The notes below the pieces were generated by a model. The model worked only from the letters and a program-made list of their open reading frames with translations. It searched no databases and had not been told where the DNA came from. 64,000 bases of DNA from Ophelia neglecta. Taxonomy: Eukaryota. The position numbers and the translations under genes are program-made. This document shows positions 23,796 to 38,892 of the stretch, piece by piece. The stretch spans positions 20,026,001 to 20,090,000 of the forward strand of contig OZ260665.1 in the NCBI GenBank assembly GCA_965285935.1, read 5' to 3'. The first letter of the stretch is position 1. The number at the start of each line of letters is the position of its first letter.

Positions 23796-26700
23796 AAGGC
23801 AATAATAGCCATCAATGCAACGAGTACGTATGGAATGTTACGGTACACGGGTAGTTCGCACGTCACCAATATTGTATGTACGAATTTAATATTCAGCATT
23901 AGCACAGAACGTATTAACATATATAGGTGTTAGTGGATTTGCAATGACCAGGAAGCCAAAACTGAGCGTTACCTTTGTCGTTGACCGCCATGTAAAATAG
24001 TTAATTGGCACAATACACCAAACATTATTTTATCGGACTCCAGATTTTATCCAGATTTTGTGGTGTATACACAACTTATATTCAGTTTTATGTGGCCTCG
24101 TATGTCAAGACATACCAAATTTACTCACCCACACATAAAGGATCTTAACTCTAAAAAACTGTTATGGGATAGGCAAATATGAGGAAATACGCCGCCAATG
24201 ACACTAAAGCCTCCGGAAAAGGAAGAGACTTCTCATTGCATGGCTCAGGAAAATGTGTAAAAAATAATATATCAGCAACTTAGGATATTACATGATACTT
24301 GTCTCCAACACGTATAGGCTTTGAGCCCAAGTAGAAAAGAAGCAGTATATCTGTGAGTACTTAACAAGATGAAATAACTACGTACATGTCTTGAAAATAC
24401 CAACTTGTCTACAGACTGGCATGACAATTCAATGCATGCCACACGGCATCCGATGGCAGCTACAAAAGAGTGATTTTAGAACTTTTTTTATGAATTATAG
24501 TTCAGTAATATGTTCCCTGGGGAAAGCAAACAGCCATGTACGGCAAAAAAAGTGCCATTCAAGTAGCGTTTTTTTTTTGATGGATCACACTCTGATCTAA
24601 CTCAAAAAGGTGCCTACCGCCAAATTCATATTATTGATTGTCATTTCGACGAGGGCAACACAGCACAATGGAAAATGTTGCGATAGGTAGCACTCTGTGT
24701 ATAGCATTTTTAAGGCGCAGTGCATTTTTGTGTGCATACGTGATTCCGAATAATACTTGCTGTATACCACAGTTATCACCAATTTTCACAGTAGCCGAAC
24801 CAATTGATGGAGTTACATCGATATCATGCATACGTGGAGCAGAATGTCCTTTTTTCCGTTGCAAGCATTCTTTTTTATGTTTGATGTCATTACTGGGTGA
24901 TCTTATTAAAAACTACTATAATCCAGTTGTTTATTAATGAATACGTAAATATTCTCTCAATAACCACTATTTTTATTTCATTTCACGTGTTGTCATAAAC
25001 CAAGACGTGTATTGTCATGAACCTATCTGTAGATATAGATTTGGGGTTAATGTTTTTAACGGTTTATGCACAGAATTTGAATACATTTTATGAAGAAATC
25101 AGGATCACTGACCTTGCATGATCTGCCTAGTATAATTTCCCGTTTTAGGCAACTAGCAACGGGGCAAAAGATACATCTCTCCACGTAATGTTCTGTTCCC
25201 CGGCTACTGAATGTATGGTTTTATTACTAAATTATACCGTGATTGATGTTTACAAAGCTGGCGTCTAAAATAGAATAGACTGTCGATTTCAACGCACAAC
25301 AACACAAGCTAATTTGTTGACGTGCAGTATTTTACCAATTCTATGAGAACGTTTTAAAGCTCATAAATTTGTTTTAACTGACCCAAAGTTTATAAATTAT
25401 TCCTTCTAATATTCCAGATTAGTAAAAATATATCTGTATATCTACCTCCGGTAGTGTTTCAAAGCAGATACGAGCGGCTATGTTATATAAATCATTGTCC
25501 TTGACTAACGTTTGAAACATTCTTTTAATTATTCAAAGGCATTTGGGAGAAAAAAGTGGCAGATGGTGCAGGTGCAACTGCAAATTGGCCTTTCCAAAAG
25601 TGTTTTGTAGTAGGATCCACTTAAATTTGCCAGTGGTAAGCCGCGCAATTTGTGGACGCGTATGAATAATTATTGAGAGGCAAAATGCTCTAGTGGCTTG
25701 GTTGATGAGAGATCTAGGCGAACCATAAACATTATATCTTAGCGCATTAATCAGTTCCTAATCAGTTTTCCTTCAGTCTGGACTCTCTCTTTCGGGAGTT
25801 ATAATCATATTTTGACATAATAACGTGTCGGCTGTATGAAGGAAAGCTATCCAACTTCGTCCTGAATCCAATGCCAATGTAATTCATACAAGTAATGAAA
25901 ACGTTGTTACATTTCCATAGAAAAGATAATATATCAATATATCTCAGCAGCTATGAAATTAGAAGTCTAAAATATAGCTTTAAATATGACCTGACTTTTT
26001 CCTGATCGCCACACTGGCTTGGTCTTTAATGCGATGCTTTGTCATTTGCTGCATGAAAAACCATTTCCCTTTGCCTCGCAAAAGCGTATTCATACGGATA
26101 CAAATTTCCTTTAGTATACTGAGATCATTCACTGGCCGTATTCGATCCTGTCTCCGTCTGCAAGTCGAAAACCCACACACACGTTTTGGACATTATGCCT
26201 CCGAGTAATGCTGTACGGCTGATATATAACCAATACGCGGTACGTTTGTTTCTTTTTATAAGTGTTCGATGATACTGCTCCGAGCTATGGGTACATGTAA
26301 GGATGTCTATAAATTATATAGTAGTAAAAACCTCTTTTTTGTCGGTGCAAGAGAAGACTTTTAACATTGAATCGACATATCCAATTAATAAAAAGAAAGG
26401 ACCAAACTATTGGAAAGCTTATAACCATGTGCCTGTAGACTTTTATTCGTTGGCCAGCAACCGAAAGTCACTGAAGATTCCGGAGAGATTTAATGGAATG
26501 AGGTTGCTTAATGATTTAGCTTTGTATGCTGAAAATCATTTCCTTTTACATTGAAGTCTTGTAGATAGGTCACTGTTATATTCTATGGGAATGTATGTGG
26601 CAGATGCAAATGAATTTCTTTCAGAATAGATATGTTCTGCTTTCTGAACGAAATAAAAATAATCCACCAATTGCCAAGTATATAGGGCAACTCGGCCTGA

Positions 26701-29700
26701 GAATATCTCTCGAAGACATGTCTACAAGTAGAGGGATTGATTAGAAATTTCTTCGCTAAACGCATAGCAGTTTTCCCATAATTATCACCTATTTAGTTTC
26801 AACTTGCCCACATTTGATGCAACCATGTCATGTATATATTAATAACAAATTTTGCCATATTCGTTGGTATATAAGGCACGTACATACAATAGACGTTTCT
26901 AAACATAGCCTTACTTTCCTTATTTTTGGCTAGGGAGGAACCACTTGCCTCACTTTTCACTATCGAAATTAGCTATATATAAGCAAGTTACTAGGCTAGG
27001 AGAACAAGGCTGGCAATGATTCAAAATAGGAATAATACATTGACTTCTCAAAAATCTATTAATGCAAATTATTTACAGATATGTGGGAGGCTTACATATT
27101 GATTTGTCTTCACCTAAGCTCCAGCCTCCGCCATCCTCGTGGGAGCAATTTAGAATGATGACTTTTTGCAAGTAATCTAAATGTGTAACTAAGGATTCAT
27201 CTCTTTCTAAAATGACAAATTCCTTCTTGAGAGAAAAGAATTACTATAAAACACAAATATTGATGTTGAAAAAGACACAATCTATTATGAACAATATTTT
27301 ATCCCCCGAGTAATATATGAATACTATCTAGCTCTCAGGCTATGCGTAGGATGGGCATATTGCAGACATCAATCTTTCCATTTTTCGCCGTTGTAATTAA
27401 TGTTTTAGCTAAAGAGTATAACACTTCCTTTCTTACAGCAGCAACTGAAATGCAACGGTTAAATAGGCTTGCGGCAAAATCTCAGATAAACCGTCGATAT
27501 TATCGTTCATTTATACTCTTTTCAAGTTTACCAATAAGTGCATTTTCATGTTACCATGTGTTTGTCTTTGATAAACGCATTAATAATTTTCTGTCAATTT
27601 TTTTTATGAAGCACCATGATATCCCCGATTAACCGCCATGAAGACTGTCTGTTATTGTGACGATTATTTACATTTGTTAAAAAATGCTTGACATCTTTAT
27701 CGATTTCTTCCCTTTGAAAACATGGGCACTTTGCTTTGGAGGACCACACAGTATTCATCATGGATATGGGAGAGAGATATTTATGGCTTGCAATAAAGCA
27801 TATAGCGGCACACATTAATTGCCTCTAAGATTGTGTAATTCTTTTACTTGGTAACGTGTTATACATACTTGTTTGAAGGACGCGTGAAAATACTTGAGAT
27901 AATGGCTTTATTCATCAGTTGACGTGTTCGATATTCACCTGTATTGGTTTCATATCGGCGGTGTCACGAAAAAACCTAACTGGATTTTTTTACTTGAGAT
28001 AATGCAATTAACTTGATTTAAATCAGGAAAATAATCATATTTATTCCTACAGGTGAATATTATCGAATATCTGAACAGGTGCAATGTAGATACATATTTC
28101 GGACTTGATGAATTGATTACTGATTTTAACCCTTCAAAACTTTGGTTGTTGACTTGTGATTCCTCTAATTACACATTATAAAAATGAGTCCTCCTGGGAA
28201 AACGAAACAGAACTCTGGTGCACATTAACGGAATTTTCTTCTGTTCTTTTTGAATTAAAGAAACTTACATACTGCCATTATAAGTAAGACAAATTGTAAT
28301 CGCTTCTTTTCTAATATTTATTCATATATTCTTATTCTTAATACTTTTGAGCCGATTGCGAGGCTTTAAATACTAGCTTAAATAGCTTAGATACCATGGT
28401 CCTATAGAAAATGTATTTAAATATCATAATCCTGGAAAAAAGAATTAAATACCATGGTCCTGGACAAAAAACAGAAAGGACCTCAACTTTACATACGAGT
28501 TCGTTTGGCAGCAGACATTTTGTCCAATGTTGAGATAGGAGGTAACCGGAATGTGAAGCCTCGGAACTGACGACAGTCGGTAAATAACTTTTAAACTCTT
28601 TAATGGTATAGTGCAATATCACTGCCTGAGCTATAAGCTTTTGTGAAGATTACTTTAGTGTCCTATCGTTTCCCCTAAAACGAGATATGACTTTTGTATA
28701 TGAGAACAATAGTTTGGGTTCTTATTCATTCAGACGTACACCTGATAAATCACATTAAGGCAATGTTTGGCAAAATAAATCAATCTGCGTTTTCCTATTG
28801 TGTCGTCTTCATATCTATGAAAAGGCTCGTTGCTTTTGCAGGTGGCTTCATCGGTCTGTTTCTCGTCTAACACTGGAAAGTTGCCAATAAATAATTATGT
28901 TCGATGTAATTTTGCTGTTAAGGAGGTAGGGTACTTGGCCATCATGGCATTTTGGTTTAAACTACCAAAAAAATGACCATCTTCACAAAGTGGTCGAAAG
29001 TTTTCAAAATCTTTAGCTGAAGCAACTTGTGCAATTTCTGATGATTGGGAAGTTAGTATGTATCTTGGTTGCCATGGTTACCATGATTGCTCTTCAAAGG
29101 CATGATAGAAGTGCACATTGTTGCCATGGAAACCAGATAATACGGCCTCTATGTTCATCTATTAACGGAAACATGATTGTTTTTAGGTTAAAGTTTGCAT
29201 ACTAGCTTGTAACATTTTGTTTTTATTTCTTTCGGAACTGGTGTCACTGGCATATATGTCAAATAATATGTGGAAACTAAAACAATATCAATAGCAGAAA
29301 TATGTTTAATTGGGTTGTAAACAACATAATGTCAGGTTTTCCCATTAACTTCGGTAGGATTATATGAATATGGCCATTAAATAAGCTGCCTCCTTCCAGA
29401 GCATCTATCTCCTTCTGACGAATGGTGGCAAATACCTTTGTGTTAGTATATTCAAAGAATGTGATGCTATGATTAAAAAAGTATATGACAAAATGTCAAT
29501 TAAACATTTGGTTTGAAACACCAATTTTATTGATCATAATCGTTTTAACCTAGTGTGAAGATATTAAAGTAGGTCGGCTACATGAAGAGAACTCTATTGT
29601 CTAAAATGATTCTTTTTAACATATACTTCACTATTGCAGCGCGGCCAACTTTGCAAGGCGCAGCAACTCTGAGGTGACTGACAATGTCTATAGAGAGAAA

Positions 29701-32700
29701 TAAATAAGATAAAAAAAGGAGACCAGTCTTATGTATATAAATACAACCCACAGAACAATAATAGGAATTCTGATTGCAAACCAGTCATGTATAGGAAAAG
29801 ATATCGGTGATACAAAAGTTTAAAAATTTATAAATCCGTTGAATGAGTGGAATGAATGGAATGAATGGAACCGTCCAATACAGGGCCGCAAATATGAATT
29901 TCAATCCACCAACTTGACTTCCAATAATCACTCCCTGGCTCTTAAACCCTCCCCGATACGGGGACGATAGTAAAACCTATAAATAAAACCTGAGCAAGCA
30001 ACATCACATGAGATCGGTTGTAAAATGCATAGTTCAGCTGTATCCAAACGCAAGCATTTGTCTGTGTTTGTTGATTAGGCAGTGTGGCCTATTCAAAACA
30101 GGCTCAAATATGTTTCCATACAAAATGTCCCATCCTTAAATATCTTGCCCGGCGCTCACTGCTAATGACCAAGACGAACTGGCATCCATTATATTCGGAA
30201 ATTAAGTGGCCCAACCCTTTTTATCATTGTGGATAACAAGACGGTATCTTTGGCCTATCAAAGCCCACTTTAGTTACAAAATAACCTACAGTATCTGCCA
30301 GGCTAAAACAAAAACCCTAAATAATTCATCACAATGATGTACTTGATATTAATAGGTTCGGACAAATAGAGCATAATGTTCATATTAGCCGCTATTAAGA
30401 CACCAATGAAGCATCGCTACATCCTTTGTTTCCGCCATTTACACAAAGCCACAGCAACAGATAGAATTGCCACGTCTGTGCTGTTTTACTGTGACCTGAA
30501 TATTTTATATGAACCCGGGTCCCAACAATTAGTAATGGTGAGTTTTGAATTACAAACATGTTGTGTTTTTTTATGAAAAAGTTTGACTCTTTTAAGCACA
30601 TATATAAACACATAAAATGCGTGGCGTTGATGTTAACATAGAAAACAAGAACCGTGATGAAGAAAAGTGTAATAATAGAATGTATTGAATAGACAAACTG
30701 TGCAAAATGCAACAGGATTCATCAGGGTTAACCTTAACATCACTCCATGTGTTGGAACGCATAAGGAAACAATTAGGCCAGGATAAATGGCTAATACGAT
30801 ACATAAATCTAGCTCCATCAAATTAGTTAAGTCCCAAAAGGAACCACTGCCATTTGTTAATAGCTCTTTTATACCCGAGTTTATACGTTCTACATCACCA
30901 AATAGATGTATTTGCGTTGAAAAGCGTAATAAAGGCCTGTTTCTTTAAGCGCAGCTGTCCCTTCATATAATCAAGTATGGTAAAACATCGTAAATTTAGA
31001 ACATGCATCAAGGGCGAGAACATCTTTGAATCCATCGGAAATTGTCTCATTGCATTTTCCGGTTGTTTGTGTGAAGTCAACGGAAGCATGGCCGTGGTGG
31101 AATGGTTTTTGTTCTTGAAAGCTGCGCCATTTCAGGAGACAAACTACTTAGTTAACGATCAAAGCCTGTCTAGACAACTTATTGAAACAACTGTAGCAAA
31201 TGCATTGTGCAAGCTCAATAGAGAATTTCTTCATTTGTCTGTTATGGCGTTTTGTACATCCTTTTACCAACAGAAAATTTTGCACTTAGTTAGAATAAAA
31301 AAATACATAAAGCACCCTTGCTCTCGGCCCCACAGAACACGGATAAGAGATCAATGTGGTCTCTTCTAATCTGGAAACCTTACTTTGTTACAGTATTACA
31401 ATTTCGTCCTTCTCACCTGAGTCAGTCTGAGGTTTTCTTACAAAAACCGTACCAAGGGCTTGCCAGAATATTGTTCGTGGAAATAGCAAATCACTAGTGA
31501 AGATGGGGCGAAATTTGGGAGAACTCATTATGTACAGAAAGTATGCATGGATGACATCTGTCCGTGAAGCCATTACGTAAAATATAACGGTTAAAGGCAC
31601 CTAGTCTTTAATTTGCTGGTATAGTTAAATATGGACTGCATTCTAAAGGTATATTCCAAACCTATGCTATGAAATATTTATAGATCAGAAGCAATCATTA
31701 AGTTTCATGCCCGAAATTTGTAATAAAAGACCTTGATGTCGTATTTTTGGACGACGTCATTTATTAATAACGCAACACTATTATGTATCTTCCATCAACG
31801 CAAATACGAATCCAACAGATACACCCAAATATGGCAAAAGCTGAACACACCCGCACCCACTACTTGAAATCTTTTAAAGCAAATTGTCCTTCTGTCATTC
31901 GTACATGCCTATCCGGATTCTCCTGCTATCAATGATGGATTGCCCAAAACTGCCAATGGTCCAAAGCGGCGTCTTCCATGAGTATGCTTTTTTAACAGTC
32001 AATTCATATTGTAAATAAAAGGTACTAAATAAACCAGAAACATGTTAAACATAAACGTTAGCTACCCATGCAAGTTCAACAAAAACCCAGAGAGTAAACA
32101 AATAACATATTCCAGTAAAACTAAAGATCGTGTACCGTTAAGTGAAACAGAAGTCATTGTCGTAAAAGTAAAAGGGCCAGTTAATGTTAAAGTATGCATG
32201 AGCATTCTACATATGAGTGTTCTCCTATCGTTAAGAGATACTTGACTTTCTTTGACTACTGCTTTTCTATTTAAGTGCGTTATCGATAAATGAATCGTGA
32301 CATGCCACTCGTACAAACCAATAAAGCGAATAGAGCACTAGACTTACACTGAGTGAGTAACCGGTTAACCTTTCTCCGGATGTATAGCGTTAATATGGCT
32401 GTGTGGGGCAGTTTTTAATTCTTCAACGGATTAATTTTAACAATTTGACATGCTATTATCTCTTTCCGACATGCATGATTCAGACAATATAAAGCTATAT
32501 AGAATAGTACGATCATAGTGATAAATGAATTAAAACTGAAAAAGTAAAATTCAAACCAATAAATGATAATCGCTATATGTCGACTATTAAAGCACACATC
32601 CCCAGGCACCAAATGCCACATAAATACAACAGTGCTTGAGATTAATCCTACGAACACTATGAGTTCGAAACTTAATGTATTATCTGCCTTTATTATTTGT

Positions 32701-35700
32701 GAACCAAAATATAAATATAAAAAAAATCGAGATTCTTAATTCCGATTGATTAGAAATGTTTTTTTTTGTACAGTAAAGCGTAACATAACGTATTTTGTGG
32801 CGAGCTATTGACGGCCCTCTCAACTTATCTGCTCCACCAAAACTATATGTGGTAAGTCCAGTATAAAATCTGTTCAGCCACTATAAAAGTCAACTCAACA
32901 AGGTTTAGCGCGAGCCCTGCATACTGACAGCCCAGTTACCCAGCTCAAAAAACTGTCCACGAAGATCACAGTGCTCGTGAAATAGGCTTTAATTTTCAAG
33001 TTTCCTGAAGAATTATCCCGCATCCCTTCTGAATTATTTATTTTGATTCAGGGATATGTCGCGCATTAACGCTTGATTAGGCAACATGTTGTGTTTGTAT
33101 GAACATAAAATGGCTACCATGGATAAAACGGGAGATATATTATGGTTTCCGTCCAAAACTTAATTGTGTGCCATTCTTGGTCCAAAGGGTACATTTAATG
33201 CTCGAAGTACTTTTAATATGATAACGCCAGAGAGAAGTAAAGTAAAGAAGTGTTTTCCACGAAAGGATGTAAGATCCTAATTACAAAATAACCTAGACTA
33301 ATATTTGCAAAATGTTAACCAGATGATATCAAATTTTATTTTTGCTATTATAGACTTCTTTGAAGTTTATTACATAAGGGTACTGGGGATAAATTTTTGT
33401 TCGCCTGCACTTGACCGTTCCCGATTTGGACTGATTTAATATACAACTCTTGATGAATAAGTTTGCCTCATCTGCTCCTTCCTTTTTCTTGTGGCTAAAT
33501 TACGCCAGCGGGCATATTTTCTAGTTAAGAGTAAAGCTGCCCGGAATTTTCTGGTATCAAAGCAGGATTTTTGTTATTATTCAAATATACTGCACTAGGA
33601 TCCTACCAGAAGTGCACTGGAACAAATTCATTGTACATAATGAATTTTCAGGCCAAAGTCATATCTAGTATAGAAAAAACCACAAAATCAAGAAACAGTC
33701 AACTATTGTCACTGATGTGAACCAGACCGAGCACAAAAACGAGTCGGTTGTCTACATCGGACAAAGATGAAAAATACCTTAGACAGTCAATAATTGTAAC
33801 ATTTCTCGGAATTCGATATATGTAATGTGATGTGTGAATGTTCGAGTTAACACTTTATGTGGAACCTTATGGATTTCCCTATCAGAAAAAATTGTAACGT
33901 GGTGCTTTGAAAGTTTTCAATATTGTCCTTGCTGCCCGATAATGTTGTCCTTTCTGGCGATTTGCTAAACAGCAATTAGTTGCAACCAAATTGGAACCCC
34001 GGTTTTTATAAACAACTCATGTACAGAATAATGTTGTCGCTGTTAATACCAGACGTCACATGTTTGTGTCCCCGACGGAGAGAAATTAGACATGTCTGGC
34101 AATATAAGAGACTTATTCAGTCTGGTGCGCCTTTTACGTAAACCAGTCTCTTAACACTTTAATCACAGCCATACAGATGAAGGTAATTTGCGTTCAGTCC
34201 TGCTGTCTGACGACCTAAAAGGGCCTTAAGTCTAACTAGCCTGGTTGGTTGTTATTTGATGGCCTGCCGTTGATAGTTCCGGATGGTTTCGGACCCAATT
34301 AATGAACTAATCTTGATCAACGATTTTGCTTTTTACCATTTTTTGTTATAGGAAAACGAGTTCACAAAAACCATTGTAGACCTACTTTTTTGCAGTAGTT
34401 ACCCACAGTCCTTATGATATTAAGTTCATACATCTTTTAGACGTTATATAGATGAAATGCAAAATGAGGAATACCACTAGTTTTCCTTTGTTGAAGGTAC
34501 TTTGAATAAAAGTAAGAATACTCGTACTCTGATGAGGACAAATATAATTTCATGAAGAAAATAACGATTATACGTTCAAACGTCAGCATTGTAAACACTA
34601 ATGTGTATTTGACTGCACATTGGCGGACCTTTGGGTACGAGGGTTTTAATGTGAAATGTATGCTTATTATTGAGTGTATGTGCAACAGAAAGTGACAATA
34701 ACTGGATATAGGTATTCTTATGATTACATAATGTTAAAGTTTTTTGCAATGGATTTTTTTATTGGTCTCTATATATCTAGTTTGCGCAATTACACAATTA
34801 ACCAATAAGGAGGGCTAGCATAATGAAATGGGTTAGATTTGTTTAGTCTTATAGGACAAATAATCAATATGCATGCTAGTGTGAGATAATGGTGAAAACC
34901 CATACGCCTCGAATCGGCCTAAAAGAGAAGCACAGACTTTGTTTGGTGAAAACACTCATAACACTCATGTCCAAGGTGTTTAAAGTTACTAGTGCAGAAG
35001 TACGTTTTGCTTCTGTTCAAAGAGATGTACAGCATTGAAGCTTTCAAATACGTATAGGTATCTACTCAAATTAATCATAAATCACCCGGTAATGAGCGAA
35101 AGATGCCAAGATAATATATAATAATTTTTCTCTTGTATTAAATGCCCCAGTGATGAATCTTGTAAATACATGGAATTCTAAAGTAATAAATAATCAAAAC
35201 AAGAGTCAAGTAGAATCAGCTGCATTTTTCCATTATTTCAATTTGAAAAAAAAACTTTGGTCTGTTGGGTAGACTCTTCATGTCATACGGGGCACCGTTA
35301 CCTGCATCAAACATAGTTCCTGTCCTTGGCGCATTAGTTGATGTTATGAAGGCTCATTTCATCCAATCAACAAAACAAGAAAATATCAACATTGCGCAGT
35401 TGGACCTCAGACGATCCGGTTTATTTACCAGGAAAAGATGAGGTTCGTCTTTGTATGCAACATATTAAAGGCAAGCTTGTTTCTAAACCCTTTTTTCAGT
35501 ACCCTTCGATGGCCATTTTTTGTTATTATCATATATATTTGACATGGACATAAGTGCCACTTACATATATTTACTTGTAATTTTCACTACAGGGATGCAG
35601 TTCGCTAAGGGACGACGTGACAAGGTGTGAGCGCCATCTTCCTATCTAAATGATCGGTCCTTATATTGCCCTAACCGAACAATGCCGACGCAGAGTTACA

Positions 35701-36377
35701 CCGGCCCAGCTGACCTCTCGTCACCGGCGGGCTCGCCCGGCAATCCTCCCGAGAAAACTAGGCAATAGTCTCATTTGACGCACCCTGCAAGTGGATAATA
35801 TTCGATTGTTTGTCTTTCAACCTTCCCATTAATTTTGAAGCACGTCTTCGCCTGTTTGGGACCATTTGTAATTGAAATAGCCTTCGCCCCTGTAGGAATC
35901 GAATTCCCATTCTCCCTGGCACGTATCCGACTTTTTAACTCTGGAACCCTAAGCAAACTGTGCCACAGAGGACCTGAGCATATCTTCCCGAACCGAGTTA
36001 GAGAGCTACGAGGAAAACTTGATGGAATACCAAGCATAACATTCCTACACGAAGACTGTTCCTGCCACAACATTGAAAGAGCCAGTCTTTATCCGGCCTA
36101 ATGTCGAATGAATGTAAACAATAGTATTGACAATAAAGTATGGTTTTAGTTGCGTGACGGTCAGGACATTGGTTAGATATGTTAATGCATGCACTGGACA
36201 TCAATATAGACAAAATGTAATTATCTGATAATGCATCGGATTGAAGTCATCAAGGAATTCGTCATAAGAAAGCAAAGAGGAGCTAGGAGAATTTAAAAAA
36301 ACTAATTGTGGGTTTTCATACTCGGAAACCCAAAAATGTTTTTTTTTGCCAAAAAAGGCAGGTCTGAGGCACAGGTC

Positions 36378-36721
36378 AATACGCCCCCCCCCCTCCCCCA
36401 CCCCAATACGGCCCCCACCCCCCTCCCCCATTCCCAATACGGCCCCTTCCCCCCCTCCCCCATTTCCAATACGACCCCCACCTCCTCCCCCAATACGGCC
36501 CCCACCCCATCCCCCAATACGGTCTCCACTCTCCTCCCTTCCCAATACGCCCCCCCCCTCTCCCATTCCCAATACGGCCCCCACCCCCCACCCCATTCCC
36601 AATACGGCCCCGACCCCCCTCCCCCACCCCAATACGGCCCCCACCCCCTTCCCCCATTCCCAATATGACCCCCACCCCCCTCCGCCAATACGGCCCCCAC
36701 CCCCTCCCCCATTCCCGATAC
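36378..36721. repeat. C-rich minisatellite, ~23-32 bp unit (cccaatacggcccccacccccctcccccatt), about 12 copies
   Basis: The aatac anchor recurs about every 25-32 bp and explains the Pro- and Gly-rich ORFs in all frames. Confidence 0.95.
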
Positions 36722-38713
36722 TTTTACGACTCGAACATAAACCTGGTCCGGGGCAGAAATGTTTTTGATTTTCATTTTCCCAAATCCTACCACTTATAGT
36801 TTGTATTGCTCACTAGCCATCCTTCTCACATGTGAAATACGAAAGAATGTGGTGACAAGAATTTTCACACAATTCGTTTGTGTTTACCTGGAGTCCTCAT
36901 GGACTGCCCTTTCAACCTATTTGGGACGTTAATAAACATTAAGCCTTGTGCCTTAATCACAGAAAACTACGCCACAAAAAAAGACCCACAAAGTAGTGTA
37001 AGAAAAATATATGATGGATGGATCACATAACACGGCCTGTCATTGCGGTAATAAATGAGACGGTTATTTTGGTAAAAACTAAATGTTTCTGGCAGTTTTT
37101 CCCGTGTGATCGTCCGCTTGATTGTTAGAAGTCACAAACAGAACTGTATAATCACGTCTCCGAAGAAAAACGACCCCTTTAGATGTCGACTGTCATAACG
37201 CAAGACGAGAGTCTGAAAGGCTCCAAATTTCCAAAATTTTACTTTTAATCCAATTGTTCTTACTTATGTCTAAAGACTCTTATAACTAATTTATATACTA
37301 ATTTTGGTATTTTTTTACCGGCTTGAAGTGACAAGTCGCCATTGCGCAGTCTCATTGAAAGACTGCCAGCCTTGACATAGCCAAGGGATCCTTGTTTTTC
37401 TTTTGATTCTTATCTTTTTTTTTCTGTCGAAGCTGATAGATAGTGGTTTATTGGATGTTACAAAAATAGATACAAGGGCAACAATCTTTCGACCAACCTT
37501 AGTAGCAAACTGTTGCGTATGGACGGACTTTTAGATAACTGAACGGAGGAGGGGTTGGGTGAAACGATTTTGTGAGTTTGTTTTCCAACCTCTAGAGAAT
37601 AGTGTTTGTCGGGGCAATATAAAATTAAAGTAATGCGACAAACATCAACAACATTTGCGCATCTAGGTAGCAAAGTTTGTTAGAAAACGCCATTCTAGCG
37701 AATTGAGGATTGCCGATAACCAATCACGTACAAGTGATAAAGCATTGTTCATAGCCAATCAATGACCGGCAAATTAGGACTGCTGATTACCTCTCGAACA
37801 CAGAATATACGACTAATATCATCTGAGAATATTATTAGTGTATGACATAAGGCATAAATATATTTAGAAATAAGATCTTCATGTCGGACGGATAGGAGCT
37901 TGTACTTTATATGTGTGTCTGATACTGGTTATATAAAATTACGATTATACATTTATATTTTGAATGAGTTTTTCTGGCTTATAACAAATTCAAATTCATT
38001 TCCATTAACTACGCCCAAGATTTGCATAAAATCATAACTATGACGTCTGCAGATGTTTTTGGTCTGATTCAAAGTAGATATAAATCAATTAAACAAGTTA
38101 AGCACAATTTTACTGATCTGAGGCATTTGTTTGGCACGCAAGCGATCTGAAAACTAAACATTGCTATATTGTGTAACAGTAAAAAAATTGCAGTCCATTT
38201 AAGTAATCCATCGATCAATTAGGAGCTACTGTATTACACGACGCTGGCGGAAATGGGAAGCACGAAGAGGAAATTGTAGGGCTCATTGTTTTTTGTTTTG
38301 AGCTCGGATGGTAAGGAATAACATCGGTTTGCTACCAATGTATGCGTAGTTGTCAGCGACAGCTTCCTTTTAGGCAAAAGCGTTATGTAGTTTTATCGAA
38401 TATAATGGCGTTCATTGCGAAAGGTGGCAGTATAAAAACACATTTGTGGTACAATTCCAAATTCCACGGAAAAATGTTCTTTCAGTAAATACTGTAAAGC
38501 AGGAAATCTATGCAAGGTTGAAAATTTTCCTCAAAATCGCGATAATCAAGAGTTTGCCTGCATGCGATTCTCATAATTAGTCGTAATGTCTCTAGGACAT
38601 CACTGTCTTTTCTTCCCCGGCCACGTTACATCAGGTGGATGCGGGAAGTCGTCTGCTGCCGAAAATTCCTCGTTTAAAGAAATACCCTTTGCCTCAGAAC
38701 CCCCAAAACGAGA

Positions 38714-38892
38714 GTGGATAGCCGACAGCATGGCAAAATCATTGATCTATAATAACCCATCAACAGTCCGATACCACCAGAAACAAGTATCCACAGTCCA
38801 GCGAACATCGATTCATTAATGTCCGGCTCCCAAACAGCACATCAACTTGTTATGCAAATAATAATAAATAAAAATATTACTGGCAATGAGAA
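38714..38892 (-). repeat. Unclassified dispersed repeat copy
   Basis: Minus strand ttatttgcataacaagtt..gtttgggagccggacattaat..gactgtggatacttgtttctggtggtatcggac..aatgatt..ctgtcggctatccac is colinear with 22125-22296. Confidence 0.7.

Noticed and set aside
28918-29140. TTAA-GGAGGTAGGGTAC possible transposon end with GTTGCCATGGNAAC (RFX-like) palindromes
   Set aside because: No matching opposite terminus was found in the window, so the element cannot be delimited or classified.
36201-36793. Gly-rich and Pro-rich ORFs of 99-163 aa
   Set aside because: They are open in several frames on both strands simply because the minisatellite lacks stop codons.
38670-38845. Minus-strand peptide FAGLWILVSGGIGLL resembling an MS4A/CD20-like transmembrane segment, i.e. 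the dispersed repeat as duplicated exons
   Set aside because: Other copies have stops and frameshifts in this frame (GAC-TAA in two copies), and no consistent splice sites are seen. RNAcode or tBLASTn would settle it.
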